A DNA stretch of 64,000 nucleotides from Candidatus Obscuribacteraceae bacterium (lineage in GTDB: Bacteria > Cyanobacteriota > Vampirovibrionia > Obscuribacterales > Obscuribacteraceae). Where the stretch lies: assembly GCA_044226015.1 (NCBI GenBank), contig JBGAHS010000006.1, forward strand, positions 32,001 to 96,000, in the 5' to 3' direction. Below, one piece after another: positions 53,913 through 64,000 of the stretch (position 1 is its first letter; each line of letters opens with the position of its first letter). Both the position numbers and the translations under genes were made by a program. The notes under the pieces are model-generated. The model was not told the origin of the DNA. It searched no databases and saw only the letters and a program-made list of their open reading frames with translations.

Positions 53913-55055
53913 ATGAGTTATTCTCCATCGCGTTCCGGGCTGAGTCAGGGCACACCGAGTCTTCTTGCTTTAGAAGATGGACGCACTTTCTCTGGAATAG
54001 GTTTCGGCGCTACAGGCACCACTACTGGTGAACTCGTCTTCAACACAAGCCTGACCGGATATCAGGAAATCATGACAGACCCGAGCTATGCGGGTCAGGT
54101 TGTGACCATGACTTATCCCGAGCAGGGAAATTACGGCACGAACAATGAAGATGTTGAGTCGCGTCGTATTTTTGCTCGCGCAATGGTGGTTAGACATTTG
54201 AGCCGGCGATATAGCTCGTGGAGAGCTGATAAGTCCCTGCATCAATTTCTTGCTGAGCAGCAAATCATGGGTATCTCCGATGTTGATACCAGAGCCATCA
54301 CTCGCCACATTCGAGACAAAGGTGCGATGAGATGTGCGATATCTACTGAAATCTTAGACCCGGAAGAACTTGTAAAAGTAGCTCAGCATGCTGCTGCGAT
54401 GGAAGGTGCTGACTTCACGCATGAAGTGAGCACCAGAGAAAAGTACACCATGGGCAGTGGCGATTTTCATGTGGCTGTTCTTGATTTTGGTTGCAAACAA
54501 AATATTTTGAATAGTCTGGCTGCACAAAACATGAGGCTCACCGTTTTTCCAGCGCGCACCAAAGCCAAGGAAATTCTTGCGGCAAGTCCTGATGGAATCT
54601 TTCTGTCAAATGGACCTGGAGACCCTGCGGCGTGCACAGATATCATTGCCGAACTTCCAGAACTGATTAATACAAAGCTACCTATCTTCGGCATTTGTCT
54701 TGGACATCAGCTACTCTCCATCGCTCTTGGTGCCAAGACTTACAAGCTGAAGTTTGGTCACAGAGGTGGAAATCAGCCGGTGAAAGACCTTTCAACCGGA
54801 AAAATTGAGATTACCTGTCAGAATCACGGATTCGCTGTAGATGAGTCGACCTTGCCAGCACATCTAGAATTGACTCATATGAATCTCAACGACAACAGCG
54901 TCGAAGGTTTCAAACACAAAGACCTTCCAATAATCTGTGTTCAATATCACCCTGAATCGAATCCCGGACCTCACGATTCAGCGTATCTATTTGAACGTTT
55001 TAGAAACCTCATCGAAGCAAAAAAAGGGCTGAGTAAAGCAACTTGTACAAACTAG
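53913..55055 (+). CDS. carA: Carbamoyl-phosphate synthase small subunit
   Basis: GELVFNTSLTGYQEIMTDPSY, LSNGPGDP, FGICLGHQ, QNHGF and QYHPE motifs. Confidence 0.97.
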   Translation: MSYSPSRSGLSQGTPSLLALEDGRTFSGIGFGATGTTTGELVFNTSLTGYQEIMTDPSYAGQVVTMTYPEQGNYGTNNEDVESRRIFARAMVVRHLSRRYSSWRADKSLHQFLAEQQIMGISDVDTRAITRHIRDKGAMRCAISTEILDPEELVKVAQHAAAMEGADFTHEVSTREKYTMGSGDFHVAVLDFGCKQNILNSLAAQNMRLTVFPARTKAKEILAASPDGIFLSNGPGDPAACTDIIAELPELINTKLPIFGICLGHQLLSIALGAKTYKLKFGHRGGNQPVKDLSTGKIEITCQNHGFAVDESTLPAHLELTHMNLNDNSVEGFKHKDLPIICVQYHPESNPGPHDSAYLFERFRNLIEAKKGLSKATCTN

Positions 55056-55696
55056 CAATTTTTGATTTTGACGGCACTCTAGTAGATTCCGCTCCAGGCA
55101 TCGTTGACGTAATGAGAGATTGTTGCGTCGAATACAATTTCAGCGAAAAAACGCTCGAACTCTGGTCACATCTAATCGGTGTGCCATTAGTACGCCAGGT
55201 TGAGATATTGTTTCCTGACCACCCTCACGAGTTTCATGAGGAAGTTGCCGCCCGCTACAGGCAAATATACGACTCAAAAGCCATCGAGATTTGTCCGCCA
55301 TTTGACGGTCTTGAAGAAATGCTGCGGAACTTGCATCAGGCTAATATTCTTATAAGCATAGCGTCGTCAAAACGCCGGCATTTAATTGACCTTGTTGTGG
55401 ATTTTCATGGATTGGCTGAGTATTTCAGCCTCATAGTCGGTGCTGAGGAAGTTACAAAACACAAGCCTGATGCTGAGTCAGTTCTATATACTCTGGAAAA
55501 ACTCAATGTTGTGCTAGAAGAAACTGTAGTAATTGGTGACAGTAGCTTCGACCTAGACATGGCGCGGAATGCAGGAGTTGACGCAATTGGTGTCACTACC
55601 GGCATACACACACGAGAATACCTCCAAAAATCAGCACCCAAATACATTGTCGATAATCTTGTTGAAGTCGCGCCGTTGATACTTAACGGACGGTGA
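55043..55696 (+). CDS. HAD-superfamily hydrolase (Gph/PpaX-like)
   Basis: FDFDGTLVDS motif I, HKPD, IGDSSFD. TTG start overlaps the end of carA. Confidence 0.9.
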   Translation: MYKLAIFDFDGTLVDSAPGIVDVMRDCCVEYNFSEKTLELWSHLIGVPLVRQVEILFPDHPHEFHEEVAARYRQIYDSKAIEICPPFDGLEEMLRNLHQANILISIASSKRRHLIDLVVDFHGLAEYFSLIVGAEEVTKHKPDAESVLYTLEKLNVVLEETVVIGDSSFDLDMARNAGVDAIGVTTGIHTREYLQKSAPKYIVDNLVEVAPLILNGR

Positions 55697-55866
55697 TCAA
55701 GTAGAAATTTTTCTCATCAAATTGGCTCGCTTATAAGCAACCAATGACTACTCGCTGGCGTCTGCTATCATAGCCTTTGCTACCTAATTGCAACCAGCGA
55801 AGGCTTATGCCTAGCCAGTTCAGAAGCGCGTGCAATGCGCAACGAAGAAAAAAGTTGAAGGTAATT

Positions 55867-57129
55867 ATGAAGCCTATTATTTTATTGATCGCCACAAGTA
55901 TTTTTATCGGCAATTTTTCAGCTGTTTTGGCTGCAGATTCTAATGCCAAAACCAGCACGAATGCAAATACTTCGTCTGCTACGGTCAAAGCTGATGCAAG
56001 CAAATCAATTACTGTGAATGATGCCAATGCGGCTGCTAGTTCTACTGTTGGTATCAGTAATGGTGCAGCAGCGAGCACTGCAGTAAATTCTGCTAGCACT
56101 GCTGCTGATAAGAACTCCAGTGACGCCAGCAAGTCGGCGTCCTCAACTGGTACTGAGGAGAAGAAGCCTGAGGTTACTAAATGGAAACCAGGTATCGAAT
56201 TGAGCGTTGGCACCGACACACAAGACCTTGTGCCTACAGATGATGTGGATCTAGCAAAGAAACAGGTCGACGCTTACCCGGACAGTCCAGAGGCTAGATT
56301 TATCCTCGCAGTCGCATTGACCCGCACAAGTCGAGTTGAGGAAGCCCTAAAAGAAGTGAGAACTGCTCGCAAACTTGCTGAGGCGAAGGGTGGCACGACT
56401 TATTTTGACCAGATGATTCTCACTTACGAGGACATGCTCAAGAATTACCCCAACGAAAATAGGGTACGTTATGGTCTGGCCTGGGCCTATTATATGAAGG
56501 CTTATTTGCTAGCAAACTACTCGAAGAAGGTTGCTGCATGGAAGGCTAAGAATGGGGACCCTAACGTCGCGTTGGCTAATGCAGCAAAAGCTGCTGCTTC
56601 TTCTGGTTCTAGTACCGCAAGTGGTACTAGCGCGGGTGCAACAAAAGCTGCTGATCAGTTGAGCGCTGCGCAGAAACAAGCAAACCTTGATGCCGCTAAA
56701 AATCAGGTTATTGCAGCCACCCAAAAAGGTAAGCCATTCGATATTAATGGAATCATGGGTGCTGTTGGCGCACTTGCTCAAGGTAATACGAGTGCTCTGC
56801 CGAAAATTCCTTCTGTAATGGACAATGTTGACCCAGCAGACGTTCCGCAGATTCGCAAATTTTATGAGCAGGGACTCAGCAAGTTAGACGAGTTGATTGC
56901 GCAGAAACCCGATGATGTTTGGGCTCTGGTATATCGAGCGCATCTACGAGCTGAATACGATGGCAATCTAGAAGCCGCGATGAATACCTGGAAGCAATGT
57001 AGTGAGAAATTTCCAAACAATCCCGCTGCCTATTTCTTTCTTGGAGAGGGTTATCTAAAGCAAGGGAACCTCAAGGAGTCAATCAGTAATGTTTCCAAAG
57101 CCGTTGCTTTGCGCGGGATGGGAAATTAA
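55867..57129 (+). CDS. Secreted/periplasmic TPR protein with Ala/Ser-rich linkers
   Basis: Signal peptide from MKPIILL (start moved from 55777). TPR motifs such as FPNNPAAYFFLGEGYLKQG. Lies 6 nt upstream of lptC. Confidence 0.8.
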   Translation: MKPIILLIATSIFIGNFSAVLAADSNAKTSTNANTSSATVKADASKSITVNDANAAASSTVGISNGAAASTAVNSASTAADKNSSDASKSASSTGTEEKKPEVTKWKPGIELSVGTDTQDLVPTDDVDLAKKQVDAYPDSPEARFILAVALTRTSRVEEALKEVRTARKLAEAKGGTTYFDQMILTYEDMLKNYPNENRVRYGLAWAYYMKAYLLANYSKKVAAWKAKNGDPNVALANAAKAAASSGSSTASGTSAGATKAADQLSAAQKQANLDAAKNQVIAATQKGKPFDINGIMGAVGALAQGNTSALPKIPSVMDNVDPADVPQIRKFYEQGLSKLDELIAQKPDDVWALVYRAHLRAEYDGNLEAAMNTWKQCSEKFPNNPAAYFFLGEGYLKQGNLKESISNVSKAVALRGMGN

Positions 57130-57135
57130 GGGCGA

Positions 57136-57756
57136 ATGAGCGTGGCAGTATTTTCCATTCATAGTCCGTGGGTCAAAAACACATTCCGATTTCTTGGAGC
57201 CATTTCCATTCCGGCTCTAATTGTGTGGGGATTCGTTTCAGCGCAGAAAGGTGCTGAACACGAATACAACTCATTGACCACTGAAATGAAGGACCATCCA
57301 ACTTCAACGAAAACAGAGACAACTGAATTCGAGTTAAAGGAGCTGGATGAAAACAATACAGTTCGCTGGCACCTCACTGGCAAAAAAGGTACGACAGCAG
57401 AAATGAAAGTAGTCGATGTTACAGATGTAAAGATGCGATATTTTGACGGACCAAATGTCAAGATGGAGATTATTGCACCTCTTGGTAACGTCGATGTGAG
57501 TAATCGTTATGTCAAGATGAAGTCTGCCAAGGGGCAACGCGTAAGCGGAATCGGGGACGGAGGTAAGAGTAAGTTCGATGCCGAAACCATTGAATTAGAC
57601 AAACAAAATCAGTTCATTGCAACCGGCGGTGTTAAGATCGACTGGTCTGATGTTGCCCTCGTAACCGGCAATGAGGCCAGAGGAAAAATGAGTAAGGACG
57701 GAATACAGAATGTCAAGGTGATTGGACATACTCACGCCATAATCCAATCAAAGTAG
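57136..57756 (+). CDS. lptC: LPS export periplasmic protein LptC
   Basis: One N-terminal TM segment plus a beta-jellyroll-like region (VRWHLTGKKG). Lies directly before lptA and lptB. Confidence 0.75.
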   Translation: MSVAVFSIHSPWVKNTFRFLGAISIPALIVWGFVSAQKGAEHEYNSLTTEMKDHPTSTKTETTEFELKELDENNTVRWHLTGKKGTTAEMKVVDVTDVKMRYFDGPNVKMEIIAPLGNVDVSNRYVKMKSAKGQRVSGIGDGGKSKFDAETIELDKQNQFIATGGVKIDWSDVALVTGNEARGKMSKDGIQNVKVIGHTHAIIQSK

Positions 57757-57778
57757 AAAGAGAAGCGACGAGCTAGAC

Positions 57779-59200
57779 ATGAAAAACGGCAACACAAAAA
57801 TATCAGCACTTCTATTGACAGCATGCCTCAGCATTGCTGGCATTCGCGTGGCGCAAGCTCAGATGCCCGGCGCTCCTGGGGCTCCTGGTGGCAATGGTCC
57901 TATCGACATTACCGCTGACGAGCAGGAATTCGCGGGTGATTCCGTCATTGCTCGTGGACGAGTTAGAGTCGTATACAAGGACAGCGTCATCGTCGCACCA
58001 CTGGCGACACTATATAAAGACCCAGCTGGTTCTCCGAGTCGGGCAATCTTCACTGGTCACCCTCATTTGACTCAGGGCAAAAACAAGATCGATGCCAACA
58101 CACTCACGTTTGAGATGGCAGTCAACAAAATTATTGCTGATGGAAATGCTCACTCTGAAGTAGATGTTCCAGAGGACGAGCAAGAACCCGCGCCAACTCC
58201 AGCAGCGACTGCAAATAACAAAGTTCCGCAAGCTCAAGCTCCGAAAAATGTTGATGACGAAGACGAGGACGAGGTTCCTGCAGCGAAGCCTGCTGTAGCT
58301 GAAAAACCGAAAGAAGAAAAGAAAAAAGGTGGAGAAAAAATCATCACCGATTCAGTCCGCCAGGAGTATGACCAGGCTACCGGAAGATTTGACGCTATGG
58401 GACATGTGAAAGTGGTTCATGGTGACATCATTGTTTTCGCTGACAAATTACAGTTGGTCTACAGTGCCACCAGCAGCAAGCCTGAAACAGCACTTTTTAC
58501 CGGGAATGTGCAGGCAACCCAGGGCAAGAATACAACTTGCGCTGACACCATGAATTATTCGCTTTCGACTAAACGGCTGCAGGCAACTGGACATGTGAAG
58601 TCTAAGGTTATTCAAGAGAAGAAGGAAGGCGCACCTGCACCTAAGAAGAAGGTGAATGATGATGAGGAAGATCCTACAGCGAAGATAGACATCTTCGGTG
58701 CTGCTCCGGCGAAGGCTTCTAATTCAGGTGTTAACCAGACTGGATCTAAAACTGCTATCGCAGGACCAATGTCTGGTGGCAACGATAAACCAGTCTGGGT
58801 TTACTCCGATGCGCAAGATTACAGCAAAGAAAATGGTCGCGTCTCCGCTAGTGGCAACGTAAGAGTTGTATCTGGTGAAATGTATGGTTGCGGTCCTGCA
58901 ATAGTGCTCATAAAGAAGCCGGATGGACGCGCTGACAAAATAATCTTCAAAGGGCGCTCGCAAATATCGCAACCAGGACGTAGATGGATTGCTGACAAAA
59001 TCGTTTATCTCGTCGACGAACATCGAGTTATCGCTACAGGAAATGCAAAAGCAATGATGCTGCAAAATCCTGAAGACAAAGCAAAGCAGAAACTTACCCC
59101 CTCGGCTCCGGTCTCACCAGGACTGGCTCCAAACAACACAAGGTTGGCTGACCCCAACCGCCAAAAGATCAGTGCTAAAGAGGTAGAGGCTACAAAATGA
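57779..59200 (+). CDS. lptA: LptA/OstA-family protein with three OstA-like segments, 473 aa
   Basis: Signal peptide. PIDITADEQE...ARGRVRV, IITDSVRQEY...AMGHVKV and VWVYSDAQDY...ASGNVRV repeats. Overlaps the lptB start (ATGA). Confidence 0.8.
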   Translation: MKNGNTKISALLLTACLSIAGIRVAQAQMPGAPGAPGGNGPIDITADEQEFAGDSVIARGRVRVVYKDSVIVAPLATLYKDPAGSPSRAIFTGHPHLTQGKNKIDANTLTFEMAVNKIIADGNAHSEVDVPEDEQEPAPTPAATANNKVPQAQAPKNVDDEDEDEVPAAKPAVAEKPKEEKKKGGEKIITDSVRQEYDQATGRFDAMGHVKVVHGDIIVFADKLQLVYSATSSKPETALFTGNVQATQGKNTTCADTMNYSLSTKRLQATGHVKSKVIQEKKEGAPAPKKKVNDDEEDPTAKIDIFGAAPAKASNSGVNQTGSKTAIAGPMSGGNDKPVWVYSDAQDYSKENGRVSASGNVRVVSGEMYGCGPAIVLIKKPDGRADKIIFKGRSQISQPGRRWIADKIVYLVDEHRVIATGNAKAMMLQNPEDKAKQKLTPSAPVSPGLAPNNTRLADPNRQKISAKEVEATK

Positions 59201-59919
59201 GTCTACTAATCGAGAACATTCAGAAATCTTACGCGGGGCGTCGAGTTGTTGACGGCGTGAGTTTCAACGTTGAGAAAGGCGAAGTCGTAGGTTTGCTGGG
59301 ACGTAACGGTGCCGGCAAGACGACGAGTTTCGATATGTGTCTCGGACTGGTCAAACCTGAGAAAGGAAAGATCACACTTGATGGTGTCGATATTTCCAAA
59401 ATGGCGATTCACGATCGTTCCAAGCTTGGAATTGGATATCTGCCACAGGAAGCATCTATCTTCAGAAAATTGTCTGTGTACGACAACATGAAACTCATCC
59501 TTGAACTGAAAGGAAGGAGTCGTCGTGAGCAGAAAGAAATTATTGATGGACTCCTTCACGACTTTGGTTTGGAGCATCTATCAGAAACCATCGCAGTGCA
59601 GCTTTCTGGTGGTGAAAGAAGACGACTTGAAATTGCGCGTTGCTTGGCTTCAAAGCCTGCATTTATTCTACTGGACGAACCTTTCACTGGTATCGACCCT
59701 ATCAGTATCGCGGACATTCAAGGATTGATTCGTCGCTTGCGTGACCAGTGGGGGCTGGGTGTTCTTCTCACCGACCACAACCCGAGAGCAACACTAAAAA
59801 TTACAGACAGAGCCTATTTGATCGATAGAGGCAAAATTCTGGTGGCTGGAACTTCGCAAGAAGTTGCGTTTAATCCGACCGCTCGTAAACAGTATTTAGG
59901 TGAGGACTTCATTCTATGA
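59197..59919 (+). CDS. lptB: LPS export ABC transporter ATP-binding protein
   Basis: GRNGAGKTT, YLPQEASIFRKL, LSGGERRRLEIAR, LLDEPFTGIDP, TDHN and YLGEDF motifs. Confidence 0.95.
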   Translation: MSLLIENIQKSYAGRRVVDGVSFNVEKGEVVGLLGRNGAGKTTSFDMCLGLVKPEKGKITLDGVDISKMAIHDRSKLGIGYLPQEASIFRKLSVYDNMKLILELKGRSRREQKEIIDGLLHDFGLEHLSETIAVQLSGGERRRLEIARCLASKPAFILLDEPFTGIDPISIADIQGLIRRLRDQWGLGVLLTDHNPRATLKITDRAYLIDRGKILVAGTSQEVAFNPTARKQYLGEDFIL

Positions 59920-61013
59920 TCGGTACCCAGTTACTCGACCGCTATATTGCAAACGAATTCTGGCAGCCATTGCTGTTCGGTATCGGTATCGTAACCGGCG
60001 TATGGTTCGGTGCTGATCAATTGAAGACTATCTTCAATTTGATCATGAAGTCAGGTGTGCCACTGCATCTCGCGTTTGAGATCATCGGCTTGCACTTGCC
60101 TGAAATTATCGTATTAACCATTCCTATCGGTGTATTGCTCGGTACATTGCTTGTGTTCAATCGATTGTCTGGTGACTCAGAAATCATCGCTTTGCGTACA
60201 AGCGGCATCAGCTTCTATCGCATCATGGTGGCACCATTGATGTTTGGATTGCTGACCAGTATTGCTAGCTTCGGCATCAACGAATATGTTGTGCCGGTTG
60301 CAAACCGCACATCCAAAAAGCTTGAATTCGTTGCTTTGTACAAACAAAATCTGCCTGAAGGAACCGCAAACTTCACCTATATGGAGCGCGGAAAAGACCT
60401 TTCATTGAGCCGTGTGTATTACATTGGCTTGGCTGACAAAACTCAGATCAACAACGTTATCATTCTGGACTTCACCCGAGACAAGCTCGTTCAGATCATC
60501 AGCGCAGCACATGGTCTCTGGAACCACGGCGAGTGGATTCTACAAAAAGGGCGAACCTATGTTCTTGCTGGCGACAGTGACATCACAAGAATCATGAAGT
60601 TTGAATCGCTGGTCATTCCAGGCGTGCGAAATGCTGCTGAAGCATTGAAGTTAAACAAAGTGGCAGTCAAAGATATGAATATTGGAGAATTGTCTGCCTA
60701 CATTGATAACATGAAGAAAACTGGAGTAGTACCTCGTGACCTGATGGTTCGCTTCCACCAGAAGTTTTCGCAGCCACTGGCATGTTTGATCGTAGCATTG
60801 GCAGGTGCACCTCTGGGTCTGCTTGCACGCCGTTCACGAAGCAACCTTGGTCTTGTTTATTCAGCAGCAATCGTATTTTTGTATTACGTATTGCAATCAA
60901 GTTCTGGCGCGTTGGGTGATTCCGGTAGGCTCGATCCGATAGTAGCTGCATGGCTGCCGAACGCGGTCATCGGAACACTTGGTACCGTTATCCTCTATTT
61001 CAAAGCTCGATAA
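59916..61013 (+). CDS. LptF/LptG-family LPS export permease
   Basis: LLDRYI, RLSGDSEIIALRTSGIS and AAWLPN motifs. Coupled to lptB by an ATGA overlap. Cannot be assigned to F or G. Confidence 0.92.
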   Translation: MIGTQLLDRYIANEFWQPLLFGIGIVTGVWFGADQLKTIFNLIMKSGVPLHLAFEIIGLHLPEIIVLTIPIGVLLGTLLVFNRLSGDSEIIALRTSGISFYRIMVAPLMFGLLTSIASFGINEYVVPVANRTSKKLEFVALYKQNLPEGTANFTYMERGKDLSLSRVYYIGLADKTQINNVIILDFTRDKLVQIISAAHGLWNHGEWILQKGRTYVLAGDSDITRIMKFESLVIPGVRNAAEALKLNKVAVKDMNIGELSAYIDNMKKTGVVPRDLMVRFHQKFSQPLACLIVALAGAPLGLLARRSRSNLGLVYSAAIVFLYYVLQSSSGALGDSGRLDPIVAAWLPNAVIGTLGTVILYFKAR

Positions 61014-61036
61014 GGTATAGCTCGTTATGATTATTT

Positions 61037-61062
61037 GGGAGACGGTTATCCGTCTCCCTTTT
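61037..61062 (+). terminator. Rho-independent terminator of the lpt operon
   Basis: GGGAGACGG-TTAT-CCGTCTCCC-TTTT. Confidence 0.85.
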
Positions 61063-61242
61063 GTTTGCGGATGCTCCTGCAGCTTTGATAGAGTTTAGAG
61101 CGGAATTGTTCGATGAAGAGATGCTCGCAATGTAGTGCTTACTATCTCATCTGCTACACTGAACTGAGTCAATCGCAGACTTACAGATGACAACGTGGTG
61201 TTGTTCTTGATACCACTGCTGAAAAATACGAGGCAAAAAAGA

Positions 61243-61761
61243 ATGAGTTTTCTTGTTATTAGTTCCAGTTTGAATTCTCAGAGCAAGAGTGCCATTCTTG
61301 CAAGCGAAGCAATGAAGCACCTAAAGGCCGCTGGAAAGACTGTTGAGTGGGTTGACTTAAGAGAAGTTGAACTTCCATTATGTGATGGCGAAAGGGCTTA
61401 TGGTCATCCGAATGTCGCGAAAATGGCCGCTAAGATCAAAGATGCCTCGTGCATACTAATCGGCGTGCCGATTTACAATTATGATTGTGGTGCCGCCGTA
61501 AAAAATCTACTTGAACTCACCGGTAAAGCATGGACGGAAAAGACTGTTGGCTTTCTCTGTGCTGCAGGTGGAAAGTCAAGCTACATGTCCATTATGGGAT
61601 TTGCAAATAGTCTAATGCTCGATTTTCGTTGTTTGATAATTCCTCGATTCGTTTACACTGATGGCTCTGCATTCAAAGAAAGCCAGATCATCGATAAGGA
61701 AATTAGCGAGCGCATTGAACAGCTTGTTCAAGCTGCCATCAAATACGATACCGCAGGCTAA
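61243..61761 (+). CDS. NADPH-dependent FMN reductase (SsuE-like flavoprotein)
   Basis: LVISSSLNSQSKS, VDLREVELPLCDG and PIYNYDCGAAVKNLLE motifs. Start moved to the ATG at 61243. Confidence 0.88.
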   Translation: MSFLVISSSLNSQSKSAILASEAMKHLKAAGKTVEWVDLREVELPLCDGERAYGHPNVAKMAAKIKDASCILIGVPIYNYDCGAAVKNLLELTGKAWTEKTVGFLCAAGGKSSYMSIMGFANSLMLDFRCLIIPRFVYTDGSAFKESQIIDKEISERIEQLVQAAIKYDTAG

Positions 61762-61885
61762 TTGCGTGTAAGTCTGCAATTCTTGGAATTTGTCCAAGAA
61801 TTGCCTTACTTTCGTTCACGGGTATCAAGAAATTACGTTGTCTCAACTGGAAGAGTAGCTCGCAATTGCGCTGCTCTTCTTTGTT

Positions 61886-62290
61886 TTAGAAACCCCTATA
61901 ACCCAAGACCACAAGCAGGCAAGGTCCACCATAAATAACGTTGAGTCCAGCCTTCTCAGCTTTCTCAATTGCAGCCGTACTTTCTGCTCCGGGTTGTATC
62001 CAGATATTTTTGACACCACTAGCAATGGCATCGTCTATTATGCGATCTGTAACATGAGGCTGCGTAATGACAGAAATTGATTCGACTTTTTCTGGCAGCG
62101 ATGCGATGTCTTTGAATACAGGATTTCCTAGAATTTCCTTGCTGTTCGGGTTTATGGGGTAAGCCTTGCGACCTTTGTCCAGATAGCATTTGTAGCATCG
62201 ATAACCGTATTTGTAGGTGTCTTCACTTGCACCGGCAACTCCAAACACCGGAGCTGCAAGAAATGCCTCAATTTTTTCGTCGATAGTCAT
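61886..62290 (-). CDS. CoA-binding protein (YccU-like)
   Basis: GVAGASEDTYKYGY, YPINP, IWIQPGAE and GPCLLV motifs. Confidence 0.9.
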   Translation of the reverse strand: MTIDEKIEAFLAAPVFGVAGASEDTYKYGYRCYKCYLDKGRKAYPINPNSKEILGNPVFKDIASLPEKVESISVITQPHVTDRIIDDAIASGVKNIWIQPGAESTAAIEKAEKAGLNVIYGGPCLLVVLGYRGF

Positions 62291-62452
62291 GATATTACCT
62301 GAGATGAAATGATGCTAAGAAATCAGCCTTGAAATCCGTCTGATAGCGGATTAGCGGACTGGGAGAATACGTATTGACTCAGAGCCCTATTCAAATTAAT
62401 GTTCTATATATCTTAAAGCTATTCACGACGACTTCACGCTTCTTGTTGCAAG

Positions 62453-63799
62453 ATGACTAATTCTTCCAATGTCATGAGAAACCGACGGGCTGCTCCGCCT
62501 AAAGCTCTATTCGCTATAGGGGCGTTGCTTATTGTCGCGGTTACTGTTCCAATCGCAGCTCAGCATATGGGTGCGGTTCAATTTCCAGACCTCAGCAAAT
62601 TGGTTCCGACAAAGAATGTCGATACTCAAAAAGATGCTTCAGCTGAAAAGGTCAAAACTTCCTTTGCCGTGGCGAGTAACGGTACTGCAACTTACGTGCA
62701 AGCGCTCGATCATGCTGCAGCTCAGTTGTCTTCTGAAATTCAACATCGACCGTCCGATCCTTCGCTGCAGAATCGACTCGGGCTCATTTATCTCACTCTG
62801 GGTGATTCCAAAGCGGCAGAGCAGTGCTTTCAGAATGCTGTTACTCTGAGCAGGGGCGCGATTTCGGCTTACGCAACAAATGTCGAAAAATTCAAAGGAC
62901 AGGGCAAAATGTCCGATGCTTCCAAGCAGGTCTTGGAGGCGTCTCAAGCCTCTATCGAACTGGCAGCGGCCCATTCCAACCTCGCGAGAGTGTACGACCA
63001 GAGAGGTGACCGAAAGGCTGTCATCGCTGAACTTGACCAGATTAACAAAGACGGAGCGCTCTTTAGCTCTGGCTTTGGAACAGGCACTAACAACGGTAAA
63101 TTGAGTTCTAATGACGGCAATTTGAGTGCAAGAGATACTCAGATGCTTGCTCAAGCAGAGTCAATGTTTAAGGCCAATCAGCTAGGACCCGCGTTGGAAA
63201 CATACCGCAGGCTTGCTGAAGCGAACCCCAGATTGGCTTTTGTTCAAGACCGAATCGGCTTGATTTCAGTAATGACTGGTGATGTGAATTCCGGTATAGA
63301 AGCCTGGGAAAAGGCTGCTAAGCTTAACCCTGGCTCTGCGACGATACAAGGCAATCTGGGACTTGCATATCATCAACTCGGCATGGACAAAGAGTCGGAG
63401 TCTTCTTTCCGTAAGGCACTTGTACTCAACCCCTCTTTGGAAGAAGCCGCTCTAAATCTTGGCGAATTGCTTTCTGCAAAAGGTGACTTTAAGGGCGCTG
63501 TTGCAGTCATGAGCGATGCAACCAAGCACTGTCCAAACTCAGCAAGAGCCGCAAACAATTTGGGCACCATGCTTTCTATGTCTGGAAATTACAGTGACGC
63601 AATTTCTTCGTTCCACAGAGCAATTCGGCTTGACCCTGGAATGTCGTCAGCTCATTATGGAATGGGAATGGCGCTGATGAAGATGCATAAATATGCAGCT
63701 GCTATACCTGAATTGAAAATTGCATTAGCGCTCAATGGCAAGCTGATTGACGCACAGAATAAGATTGAGGAAGCTCAGAAGGCTTTGTCGAGACACTAA
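62453..63799 (+). CDS. TPR-repeat protein with an N-terminal membrane anchor or signal, 448 aa
   Basis: Several TPRs (NRLGLIY, GNLGLAY, NNLGTML, YGMGMAL). Confidence 0.88.
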   Translation: MTNSSNVMRNRRAAPPKALFAIGALLIVAVTVPIAAQHMGAVQFPDLSKLVPTKNVDTQKDASAEKVKTSFAVASNGTATYVQALDHAAAQLSSEIQHRPSDPSLQNRLGLIYLTLGDSKAAEQCFQNAVTLSRGAISAYATNVEKFKGQGKMSDASKQVLEASQASIELAAAHSNLARVYDQRGDRKAVIAELDQINKDGALFSSGFGTGTNNGKLSSNDGNLSARDTQMLAQAESMFKANQLGPALETYRRLAEANPRLAFVQDRIGLISVMTGDVNSGIEAWEKAAKLNPGSATIQGNLGLAYHQLGMDKESESSFRKALVLNPSLEEAALNLGELLSAKGDFKGAVAVMSDATKHCPNSARAANNLGTMLSMSGNYSDAISSFHRAIRLDPGMSSAHYGMGMALMKMHKYAAAIPELKIALALNGKLIDAQNKIEEAQKALSRH

Positions 63800-63805
63800 A
63801 CTGAA

Positions 63806-64000
63806 ATGGAAAAATCAGTTGTCGCTTTGCTAGGTCCCTCCGGAAGCGGAAAATCCAGCATAGGTCAATGTATAGCCAGAAAACTTGATTGGGATTTTCT
63901 CGACTCAGACCGCGAAATAGAAGTTCTGACTGGACTTAGCATCGCTGAGATCTTCCGAAAAAACGGCGAAGCAGCGTTCAGGAACCTGGAGAAACTGTTT
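63806..64000 (+). CDS. aroK: Shikimate kinase, 5' part (runs off the window)
   Basis: Hand translation MEKSVVALLGPSGSGKSSIGQCIARKLDWDFLDSDREIEVLTGLSIAEIFRKNGEAAFRNLE contains Walker A, DxD and GExxFR. Confidence 0.9.
   Translation, partial: MEKSVVALLGPSGSGKSSIGQCIARKLDWDFLDSDREIEVLTGLSIAEIFRKNGEAAFRNLEKLF

Overview
Bacterial chromosomal window, probably from a non-photosynthetic relative of the cyanobacteria (Melainabacteria/Vampirovibrionia, Obscuribacterales-like). That is an inference from the stand-alone nuoN/ndhB, the lone carA and the lptC-lptA-lptB-single lptF/G operon. There are five zones. (1) 1-6.8 kb is a minus-strand accessory cluster of membrane proteins, a J-domain protein with HSD in place of HPD, and a tandem hot-dog protein; its left part is GC-richer, and its transcription units start with related ~100-nt promoter-leader-hairpin modules. 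(2) 7.39-7.85 kb is a non-coding 13-unit tandem array of 34-36 bp holding about 35 GATC sites. (3) 8.5-39.4 kb holds two tandem, collinear ~5,100-aa secreted glycine-rich paralogs. They alternate beta-strand and GGx modules, share an ungapped 188-aa C-terminal domain, and have no recognisable exporter nearby. (4) 39.5-48.9 kb holds effector-like proteins without signal peptides (EreA/ChaN-like; thioredoxin + YD-like repeats + papain-like protease; EF-hand protein); the first two share an N-terminal LPxLxID motif. A secreted TrbI/VirB10-like protein lies among them. (5) 48.9-64 kb is housekeeping: YfhO-like, nuoN, carA, HAD hydrolase, TPR proteins, lptCAB-F/G, FMN reductase, CoA-binding protein and a partial aroK. 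I recognised no tRNA, rRNA, CRISPR array, transposase or integrase. All family calls come from motif recognition by eye, with no database search.
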